From positions 3,166 through 67,165 of the forward strand of contig JBDHIJ010000024.1 in the NCBI GenBank assembly GCA_039587435.1: a stretch of 64,000 nucleotides of DNA, in the 5' to 3' direction. The stretch is from Gemmatimonadota bacterium. Lineage in GTDB: Bacteria; Gemmatimonadota; Gemmatimonadetes; Longimicrobiales; Gaopeijiaceae. Position numbers and translations under genes: made by a program. Of the stretch, positions 9,795 through 16,944 are shown piece after piece. A model generated the notes under the pieces. That model had not been told where the DNA came from, did not search any database, and saw nothing but the letters and a program-made list of their open reading frames with translations. Position 1 is the stretch's first letter. Each line of letters starts with the position of its first letter.

Positions 9795-10017
9795 TCAGGT
9801 GGCCGACCGGATGTCGGCCGCCGAGCCCATGTGGTCCCGGTGCGCGTGGGTCAGCAGGACGAGGCCCACCTCTTCGGGACGCACGCCGGCCTGCTCGGGC
9901 CCCCTATTGGAACCGCCGGATCCGGTGGGGCTGACCGGCGTCGATCACGATCACGCCGCCGTCCCGGAGCATGTAGCATGTGTCAAAGCCCAGCGGGATC
10001 GGGTGGATCGCGGTCAC
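9795..10017 (-). pseudogene. Remnant of an MBL-fold metallo-hydrolase gene (frameshifted and 3'-truncated)
   Basis: Hand translation. The frame from GTG 10015-10017 reads MTAIHPIPLGFDTCYMLRDGGVIVIDAGQPHRIRRFQ and stops at TAG 9904-9906. The adjacent frame continues GPEQAGVRPEEVGLVLLTHAHRDHMGSAADIRSAT and stops at 9795-9797. The HxHxDH motif is present, but only about 72 codons remain of a family that normally exceeds 200. Confidence 0.6.
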
Positions 10018-10024
10018 CCACGGC

Positions 10025-11077
10025 CTACCCGGCCTCCACCCTCGAGCTCAGCAGCCCGAGGACCTCCACCGGTTCGGACCGGCCCCTCAGCTCCATCTCG
10101 CCGATGGGTACGAACTGGGTCCGGAGGTCCGGCTCCAGCGACGCCAGCACCGCGTTCGAGACGAGCAGGTCATAGCCGGCTTCGTTGCACTTGGCCTGGA
10201 TCCTGGCGGCGGTGTTCAGGACGTCGCCGTGATAGACGTATTCCTTCCTCAGCGTCCCGACCTCCGTGACGATCACCTCTCCGGCGTGGACCCCCGCCTT
10301 GAACTCAGGGACCACGCCGTACTTGTCGCGGTACTCACGGCCTTCGGCGGCGACGACCTCGCGCATGGCGTTGAAGCACGCCAGCCATCGCCCGGAGCCT
10401 GTGGGGGTTGGCCACACCACGACCACTTCGTCCCCGACGTACTGATAGACCTCCCCCTTGGCAGCGTGGACGGCTCCCGACACGTCCTCGAAGAAATCGC
10501 GAAGGAAACCGCTGTAGAGCTCGTGGCCCAGCTTCTCCGCCAGGCCGGTCGAACCCCGGATGTCGACGAACATGAAGGTGGCCCGGATCTCCCGCGGCTT
10601 CTGGTACCGGCCCGAGATCAGGCGGGTGAAGTTCCGGGTCCCGATGAGCAGGATGGCCTGTCCCGAGATTGCAGCGAAGCCCACGAAGAGCGTCGAGAAC
10701 ACCAGGTCCCGCAGGAATAGCGGCCCGGCGATGTACTCCCCTACACACTCCAGGTACTGGCACTCGCCCAGGGTGGCCGGCTCGATCGACAGGACGAGTG
10801 ACAGGGAGATGGCCACCAGCAGGGAGTAGCCCAGTGTCCGAGCGAGGACGGCTTGCGCGAACGAGCGCCGCTGAAGCCACTGCTTCAGAACGGTCAGTTC
10901 GGCGAGCCCGGCGGCGGTCCCGAGAATGACACCGATGGAGGCGGCCTCCAGGTATTCCACCGGAGTCCGCGGGTAGAAGAGGGTGTTGTACAGGAGCCCG
11001 AAGAGGAGCCCGGTGACGATGAACGGCAGCAGGCCTTCGAGACGGTGCCTGACCTTGGTTGGGAGGGAGGTGGCCAT
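10025..11077 (-). CDS. Membrane-anchored class III adenylate/guanylate cyclase
   Basis: N-terminal region of 4-6 TM, then a catalytic domain with FMFVDIRGSTGLAE, VGDEVVVVW and HGDVLNTAARIQ. Confidence 0.9.
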   Translation of the reverse strand: MATSLPTKVRHRLEGLLPFIVTGLLFGLLYNTLFYPRTPVEYLEAASIGVILGTAAGLAELTVLKQWLQRRSFAQAVLARTLGYSLLVAISLSLVLSIEPATLGECQYLECVGEYIAGPLFLRDLVFSTLFVGFAAISGQAILLIGTRNFTRLISGRYQKPREIRATFMFVDIRGSTGLAEKLGHELYSGFLRDFFEDVSGAVHAAKGEVYQYVGDEVVVVWPTPTGSGRWLACFNAMREVVAAEGREYRDKYGVVPEFKAGVHAGEVIVTEVGTLRKEYVYHGDVLNTAARIQAKCNEAGYDLLVSNAVLASLEPDLRTQFVPIGEMELRGRSEPVEVLGLLSSRVEAG

Positions 11078-11656
11078 CTATCCGGCGCCGATCAGGCGAT
11101 TGATCACGACGATGTCCAGGAACACCATCACCATCAGGGTCGGGACCAGGATCTCGTGGACCCGACGCCGGGTGCTCACTGCCAGCGTCAGGCAGATAAG
11201 AACGGTCGGCACGGTGGACAGGTTGTCGAACACGAACAGGTTCTCACCGAAGACCACGGGCCTGAAGAGGCTGCCGAAGGATGCCGCCGCGGCAGCCAGG
11301 AGAAAGACGACCCGAGCCACGTCGAAGTAGTACGCCTCGAAATCCGTCGCTTCGGCGGCGCCACGGTCTTCAGGGAACAGGAGGTGGGCCATCAGGAACA
11401 GGCAGGTCGGGCTGGCCAGCATCAGGAGAAGTCCGACGTAGGTCCATTCGGGCGCGGTCCGCAGGCTCCAGCTCTCCCACCACACCTGCGTGAGCGCGAG
11501 GAACACGGTCGCGACACCCATGGCGTGCACCCAGTAGTACGACGTCTCCCGTCGGGCCCTCAACAGGTTTGCCACACCCGTGAGCAGTGCGGCCATCCCC
11601 AGGCCCACGATGATGGACATCAGGACCATCAGGAACTCGAAGAGCTGCAAACGCAC
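11078..11656 (-). CDS. Hypothetical 6-TM membrane protein (paralog B2)
   Basis: MRLQLFEFLMVLMSIIVGLGMAALL...YWVHAMGVATV...VWW is homologous to 6574-7341. Its stop codon directly abuts the cyclase start codon (11077/11078). Confidence 0.7.
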   Translation of the reverse strand: MRLQLFEFLMVLMSIIVGLGMAALLTGVANLLRARRETSYYWVHAMGVATVFLALTQVWWESWSLRTAPEWTYVGLLLMLASPTCLFLMAHLLFPEDRGAAEATDFEAYYFDVARVVFLLAAAAASFGSLFRPVVFGENLFVFDNLSTVPTVLICLTLAVSTRRRVHEILVPTLMVMVFLDIVVINRLIGAG

Positions 11657-11749
11657 TCCCGCGTGGCTGGGGGCTGGTGCCTGCGACCGATTTGAGAAGT
11701 TGCGGCTCCGCCCTCGAGCCCGCCAGCGAGTTCCGGGCGGGCAGCCCGC

Positions 11750-12199
11750 CTACAGGGTGACCCCGCTGAGGCGGACGGCCGAGTAGACCAGGGCGAGTGC
11801 GCCCCAGTAAACGAAAAAGCCCCAGTAGTAGCTGTAGTAGGCCAGGGGACCTCGGGAGGGGTAGACGTACTCCTTCTCGGTGACCCAGAGGATGACGTTG
11901 ATGTAGAGCGAGATCGCTCCTGCGGCAGCCCACAGCACATATCCCCAGGCGGTGCCCATCGCCACGCCGATACTCCCGCCGAGCAGCAGGGGCACGAGAA
12001 GCAGCCAGTCGGCCCATGCGGCGCCGAGAGCGAAGCGGAAGTGGGTCCGATCCCGCCAGTCCTCACCCCTGGCGATGAGGATGTCCTTCGCCTCCTGGCT
12101 GTGCGGCTTCACCAGCATCAGCGACTGCGCCACCAGGAGCGGCACCAGGGTGATGCCGCCGAACGCGATCAGCAGCCAGGTGACGAGGGTTGGCTCCAC
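11750..12199 (-). CDS. Hypothetical 4-TM membrane protein (paralog C2); start chosen at internal GTG
   Basis: ORF 11750-12340 overlaps the CPBP gene. The GTG at 12197-12199 is preceded by GGAGGA and gives VEPTLVTWLLIAFGG... The protein shares AWADWLL...GTAWGYVLWAAAGAISLY with C1. Confidence 0.6.
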   Translation of the reverse strand: MEPTLVTWLLIAFGGITLVPLLVAQSLMLVKPHSQEAKDILIARGEDWRDRTHFRFALGAAWADWLLLVPLLLGGSIGVAMGTAWGYVLWAAAGAISLYINVILWVTEKEYVYPSRGPLAYYSYYWGFFVYWGALALVYSAVRLSGVTL

Positions 12200-12254
12200 C
12201 GTGTCCTCCGCCCCACGCCACAGGACCCCGTCGAGCGGCGCAGGCCAATCCGGG

Positions 12255-13106
12255 CTAGAGGGGAGGGTCCTCGGGCGCCCCCCCCTCGAACTCGGTCCCC
12301 TCAGGCTCGTAGCCCAGGCGACCGCCGGACCCGACAGCAAGGAGCAGACCGCCGAGGGCCACCACCACGGCGGTGATCAACCAGAGCGTGGTATCGAACG
12401 CCGGGAATCCCTCCCCCGGTATGGCGTCGGTGAGCAGCATCAGCGCCCACGCGTTGAAGGTCACGTGGAACAGGTATCCGCTGACGAGCGCGCTCCCGTT
12501 CGTGCGGTTGTAGACCCAGGTCATGATGAGGGACCACCCGATCTCGGTGAGGATGAACCAGGGATAGAAGCTCATCCCACCCATGGCGGCCTGCGGTGTC
12601 ACCGGACGGGTGAACTCGGGTAGGAACCACGCTCCGAAGAAGAAGCCCAGGATCAGGGTCCCCACCAGCGGTCCCCACTTTGACTGGTGCTCGGCCAGGG
12701 CATACCCGCGGAACCCGATCTCCTCCATGAATGCGCTGGACTGCCAGGGCAGGCCGAACGCCAGGAAGACCATGAGGACCATGATTGGATCGGTGCGCAG
12801 GATCTCGAACTGGGGCGCGGCCCCTCCCAGCGCCACGTGGACCAGCACCGCCGCGCCGTAGATGACGGCCGGGGCAAGCAGGATGAACCCGTACCACCGC
12901 CATCCGACCCTCCAGTGGAGCATCCGCTTCACGATGCGGCCCATGCCCTCTCGACCCTGGAACAGCCCGGTGACGATGAAGGCCGCGACGGTCGGTCCGG
13001 GGAGGAAGACGCCTCCCGACCCGGTGTACCAGGGGTACCAGCCGATGAGGAGCGTGAGGGCGAAGAATGCCCACAGTTGATGCTGTTCGAAGGATTTCAG
13101 GGACAT
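12255..13106 (-). CDS. CPBP (CAAX/Abi-type) family intramembrane metalloprotease
   Basis: Motif 1 EEIGFRGY and motif 2 FHVTFNAW lie within a polytopic membrane protein. Confidence 0.85.
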   Translation of the reverse strand: MSLKSFEQHQLWAFFALTLLIGWYPWYTGSGGVFLPGPTVAAFIVTGLFQGREGMGRIVKRMLHWRVGWRWYGFILLAPAVIYGAAVLVHVALGGAAPQFEILRTDPIMVLMVFLAFGLPWQSSAFMEEIGFRGYALAEHQSKWGPLVGTLILGFFFGAWFLPEFTRPVTPQAAMGGMSFYPWFILTEIGWSLIMTWVYNRTNGSALVSGYLFHVTFNAWALMLLTDAIPGEGFPAFDTTLWLITAVVVALGGLLLAVGSGGRLGYEPEGTEFEGGAPEDPPL

Positions 13107-13181
13107 GCGGCCCACCGCTCCGGGTCTCGAGGAGTGTGTGACCCTACGCGCACAGTCGTCCGGGGGGTTCGTGAAATCCGA

Positions 13182-13709
13182 CTAGGAGTGATCCGCCGAT
13201 CCCAGTTCGCTGCCGAAGGCTGAGCCCACGAACCGGACGAAGATGAATCCCGCCTGGCAGATGTTCGCGATCAACGCGGTTACGTAGAGCGCCGGTGCGT
13301 TCTCAGGCACGAAGCCAAAGAGCACCGTCGCGAGACTCACCTGCTCGATCGTTTCCAGGACGAGCACGACCACGACCGCGAGGCGGTCCGGAGGGAAAGT
13401 CCCCTGGACCGGTTTGTAGGCCTTCGTGAACGACATCAGGATGCCGTTGTCGAACACAAGGAAGAGGAACGCCGCAATCCTCCAGCTGGTGCTGGCGTCC
13501 AGTCCGTACCCCACCAGGCCGACCGGTACGAGGGCCGCCGCGACTCCTGCCACGCTCCCGCCGATGACGAGGCGCAGCCTCAGCAGGTCGTGCGCTGCGT
13601 TGGCCGGCTGGTTCGTCCCCCGGCGGATCACGCTGACCAGGGCTGCGAAGCCCGCGAAAGCGGCGGCGATCTCGGCGAGGGCCAGGAGGGTGTCGGTGTT
13701 CTCCAGCAT
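13182..13709 (-). CDS. Hypothetical 5-TM membrane protein
   Basis: 175-aa ORF with hydrophobic helices throughout. Same strand as the CPBP gene, 75 bp upstream of it. No recognisable family. Confidence 0.6.
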   Translation of the reverse strand: MLENTDTLLALAEIAAAFAGFAALVSVIRRGTNQPANAAHDLLRLRLVIGGSVAGVAAALVPVGLVGYGLDASTSWRIAAFLFLVFDNGILMSFTKAYKPVQGTFPPDRLAVVVVLVLETIEQVSLATVLFGFVPENAPALYVTALIANICQAGFIFVRFVGSAFGSELGSADHS

Positions 13710-13816
13710 TTACGGTTGGCCTCCAGGTGGGTGCGGGCCGGGATCTTGGCCGGGACGAGGCGACGACAATCCGCCCAGTCCGGACGATCGGCAAGCCTTG
13801 ACCCTGCCTCGCCCCC

Positions 13817-14197
13817 TCAGACCGGGGACTTCGCCCTGTACCGGACCCGGTCCATGCCTTCGAAGTCCGCGTCCTGGGTCCAGAACTCCGCATCGTGGAC
13901 GATGGCCGTCGTGTAGATGATGGAGTCGGCCATGGCCAGGCCGGTCTGGACGCTGAGGTCAGCGGCCTTGGTGGCGAGTTCGACGTCCAGGGCCACCGGC
14001 GCCCGGCGCCCCATGGCACCGATCATCTGAAGCGCATCCTCTCGATCGAGGTTGCGCAGAAGGTGCCGCAGGACCTCGAAGAGGCTGAGACTGGGCACGA
14101 TGAGGTCCTCGGAGCCCTCGATGGCCTCGGCGAAGAACGAGGCGTTGGGTCCGCCCGAGAAGTACTCGATCCACCCGCTGGAGTCGACGACGTTCAT
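13817..14197 (-). CDS. vapC: Type II toxin VapC (PIN domain)
   Basis: MNVVDSSGWIEYF (first acidic residue), SLFEV, MADSIIY and WTQDADF fit the PIN acidic quartet. ATGA overlap with the upstream antitoxin. Confidence 0.9.
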   Translation of the reverse strand: MNVVDSSGWIEYFSGGPNASFFAEAIEGSEDLIVPSLSLFEVLRHLLRNLDREDALQMIGAMGRRAPVALDVELATKAADLSVQTGLAMADSIIYTTAIVHDAEFWTQDADFEGMDRVRYRAKSPV

Positions 14198-14400
14198 AGC
14201 GCTCGATCCGGCTCCCTCTCCAGTGGAGGGAGGTCGGGGAATCGGCCGCGGTAGTACTCGATGGGCCGCTGAGGGACGAGGTGGACCACACCATCGAACT
14301 CCAGGACCTCGAACTTCTGCCCCGGCTCCAGCTCGAGACGTTCCCGGATCTCCTTGGGGATCACGACCTGGTACTTGGGGGAAAGAGTGACCGCTGCCAT
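14194..14400 (-). CDS. vapB: Type II antitoxin VapB (AbrB/MazE/SpoVT fold)
   Basis: Internal ATG (codon 29 of ORF 14194-14484) gives MAAVTLSPKYQVVIPKEIRERLELEPGQKFEV, the SpoVT/AbrB swapped-hairpin signature. It overlaps vapC by 4 nt. Confidence 0.85.
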   Translation of the reverse strand: MAAVTLSPKYQVVIPKEIRERLELEPGQKFEVLEFDGVVHLVPQRPIEYYRGRFPDLPPLEREPDRAL

Positions 14401-14412
14401 GCTACGCTCCGG

Positions 14413-14452
14413 TGATCGATCAAGTACTCGTAATACCATTGGGCGATCGATC
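14413..14452. promoter_or_regulatory. Two GATCGATC palindromes upstream of vapB (candidate VapB operator)
   Basis: TGATCGATCA at 14413-14422 and GATCGATC at 14445-14452. Centres are 31 bp apart, lying 14-55 nt upstream of the vapB start. Confidence 0.35.
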
Positions 14453-14535
14453 TCCTCCGTCAAGGAACATGGCCGCACTTCCACAGGATGGCGCTGCCGG
14501 AAGGTGTCTCTGGCCCAGGGCGGTGGAATAGCAGA

Positions 14536-14567
14536 ATGGGCCGACCCCCCGAAGGGGGCCGGCCCAT
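14536..14567 (-). terminator. GC-rich hairpin downstream of the S9 peptidase gene
   Basis: ATGGGCCGACCCCC / GGGGGCCGGCCCAT form 13 pairs plus one mismatch, with loop CGAA. On the minus strand it is followed by TCTGCTATT. Confidence 0.45.
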
Positions 14568-14623
14568 CCGACCAGCATCCGTGGGCTCGGTGACTCAGAG
14601 AGCCACGGGCCCGGCGGCCGCTG

Positions 14624-16678
14624 CTACTGCTCCGTCATCGGACGCGAGCGGGCGTGATCCTCGAACCACTTCCGCAGATACAGCTGCGTCCGGAGGAAGT
14701 TGGACGGGATGCTGCTCGTGCCGTGCCACTCGCCCTTGAAGCGCACCATGGCGGTCGGGATCTTCAGCACCTTCAGCGCAGAGTAGAACTCCTCGGTCTG
14801 CGGCATGGGGGTCCGGAGGTCCAGCTCACCGGTCATGAGCATGGTCGGGGTGGTGACGTTGCCCACGTACATGAGCGGGCTGCGGCGCAGGTGCTCCGAC
14901 GGATCATCCCAGGGATAGTTGTCGAAGTTGTTGTACCAGCTGATGCCGTCGGTCGTCCCCACGAAGGAGAACCAGTTGGTCACCGGGCAGTTGGCACTGG
15001 CCGCCGCGAAGCGGTCGGTGTGGCCCACGATCCAGCTGGTCAGGACGCCGCCGCCGGAGCAGCCGTAGACGAACATGTTGTCTTCGTCGATGTAGCCGCG
15101 GCCGATGACCTCGTCCACGCCGTTCATGAGGTCGTCGTAGTCCTTGCCGGGGTAGGCGCGCTTGATGGAGTTACCGAAGGCGCTGCCATAGCCCGACGAG
15201 CCCCGGGGATTCGTGTAGAGGACCACGTAGCCGTTCGCCGCGTGCTCCTGCCACCCGAAGTTGAAGCCCACGTTGTACATCCCGTGCGGCCCGCCGTGGA
15301 TGGCGAGCATCATGGGGTATTCCTCGTTCGGATCGAAGTTCGGTGGCTTGATGATCCAGCCCTGGATGTCGAAGTCCTCGACGCTCTTGTACCAGACCTC
15401 CTCGACCTCGCCGAGGGTCACCCCGGCCAGGACGTCGTCGTTGACGTGGGTGATCTCGTTGAGGCCGGCCTCGCCGTCCACATTCGCGGTGGAGCGGAAG
15501 GTCACCACGTCGCCGGGCTCGTGGTAGTTGGAGCGGGTCCCGACCATGAGGCCGTCCTCCGTCATGGAGGAGAAGGCCAGCAAGTGGTTGCCCTGGGTGA
15601 CCTGACGGACACCGCCGTCGCGGCTCACGTAGTAGACGTTTCGGGTTCCGAACTCCGACACGTTGAAGTAGAGCCCGCGGCTGTCGTCAGCCCACGTCAT
15701 CCCGTTGGGGCTGCGGTCGAAGTCGCCGGAGATCATGCGGATGTTCCCGCCGTCCCGGTCCATGACGTAGATGTGCGGGTTCTTGTACGTGTCGTCGTGC
15801 TTGTCCTGCCCGGTGTAGGCGATGAGCTGCCCGTCGGGGCTCGGCACGGGGCCGCCGTCCTGACCGTCCCGGGTGGTGAGCTGCCGGATGTCACCGGAGG
15901 CCACGTTCACCGAATAGATGTCGGACTGGCGCCAGAGCTCGCGGCTGGTGTACTCGTCCTCGTCCACGCGGTTGGCGGTGAACAGGATCTCCTGGCCGTC
16001 GGGGGTCCAGGCGTTGCCGCTGTGGTTCCACATTCCGTCGGTGAGCTGACGGGGCGTGCCACCCTCGGCCGGCACCACGAAGACGTGGCGGTAGCCGTCG
16101 TCGATGGCGCCCTGCCGGTCCCGACGCCAGGTGGCGCGGGTCACGATCTTGGGCGACTCGGTCCACTTGGCGCCGTCGGGGCGCCGGGGCATGTCAACGG
16201 CCCAGCGCTGGTTGTGGTCCACCATCATCGAGAAGGCGATCTGCTGGCCGTCGGGGGACCACTCGATGCCGCCGGGGCCGTTCTCGACCCGGGTGATCTG
16301 GGTGGTGGCGCCCTCCGCGTCCATCCAGCGGACGAAGATCTGGCTTCCGCGCGGCTCACCCTGGGCGGTGAACGCGATCCGGTCGCCCGAAGGGGACCAC
16401 TGCGGGTTGCCGCCCTCGATCAGGAACCGGTTCCGGCTCCCGTCCACGTTCATGATCCAGATGGACGAGGCCCGGCGGTCGTTCACCGGATCGACCCAGC
16501 GGCGGGTGTAGATGATCTGGGTCCCATCGGGAGAGACCTGGGGGTTGGAAACCCACTCCCAGTCCAGATAGGTGTCCAGGGTGAGATGCTTGTCCTGGGC
16601 CTCGACCGGCGCGGCGAGAATCGCCACGGCGGCCACCGCGAGGGTGAGCCGGGACAGGGTGCGGAACACGGGGCGCAT
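14624..16678 (-). CDS. S9 family serine peptidase (prolyl oligopeptidase / acylaminoacyl-peptidase type) with N-terminal beta-propeller
   Basis: Start at internal ATG (codon 71), giving signal peptide MRPVFRTLSRLTLAVAAVAILAAPVEAQ. TolB-like propeller repeats, nucleophile elbow GCSGGG, and a C-terminal GELDLRTP...H region. Confidence 0.92.
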   Translation of the reverse strand: MRPVFRTLSRLTLAVAAVAILAAPVEAQDKHLTLDTYLDWEWVSNPQVSPDGTQIIYTRRWVDPVNDRRASSIWIMNVDGSRNRFLIEGGNPQWSPSGDRIAFTAQGEPRGSQIFVRWMDAEGATTQITRVENGPGGIEWSPDGQQIAFSMMVDHNQRWAVDMPRRPDGAKWTESPKIVTRATWRRDRQGAIDDGYRHVFVVPAEGGTPRQLTDGMWNHSGNAWTPDGQEILFTANRVDEDEYTSRELWRQSDIYSVNVASGDIRQLTTRDGQDGGPVPSPDGQLIAYTGQDKHDDTYKNPHIYVMDRDGGNIRMISGDFDRSPNGMTWADDSRGLYFNVSEFGTRNVYYVSRDGGVRQVTQGNHLLAFSSMTEDGLMVGTRSNYHEPGDVVTFRSTANVDGEAGLNEITHVNDDVLAGVTLGEVEEVWYKSVEDFDIQGWIIKPPNFDPNEEYPMMLAIHGGPHGMYNVGFNFGWQEHAANGYVVLYTNPRGSSGYGSAFGNSIKRAYPGKDYDDLMNGVDEVIGRGYIDEDNMFVYGCSGGGVLTSWIVGHTDRFAAASANCPVTNWFSFVGTTDGISWYNNFDNYPWDDPSEHLRRSPLMYVGNVTTPTMLMTGELDLRTPMPQTEEFYSALKVLKIPTAMVRFKGEWHGTSSIPSNFLRTQLYLRKWFEDHARSRPMTEQ

Positions 16679-16806
16679 TGCAGCCTCCAGCTGTCGTTGC
16701 ACGAACCAAGATACCCTTGGCCAATCGGTTGTTTGGCAGGGCGACCATAATAGGTCCGGAAGTCCAGCATTGGCCAGCATTTTCTTGTGATTCTGTGTTG
16801 ATCTTG

Positions 16807-16822
16807 TGGCGCGACCATTGCA
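16807..16822 (+). promoter_or_regulatory. Sigma-54-type -24/-12 element candidate
   Basis: TGGCGC-GACCA-TTGCA versus consensus TGGCAC-N5-TTGCA/T, with correct GG-N10-GC spacing. It lies 123 nt upstream of the GTG at 16945 in a locally AT-richer divergent intergenic region. Confidence 0.3.
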
Positions 16823-16944
16823 CCTGAGATCGGCCGTTTGCACTGTGGCAATCCCCCGAACGGCCCGGCGGCCGGTTCGGGGCACCACCGCAGGTCCTTT
16901 CCACCCGACAGGGGGATGATCGACGCCTGGTTCGCCTTTCTTTC

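Noticed and set aside
16753-16762. GGTCCGGAAG in the S9-peptidase intergenic region resembles the conserved GGAA-tetraloop motif of SRP (4.5S) RNA domain IV.
   Set aside because: The bases after the tetraloop (GTCCAGCA) cannot pair with the 5' side, there is no long flanking helix, and the rest of the SRP RNA consensus is absent. This is a coincidental 10-mer.
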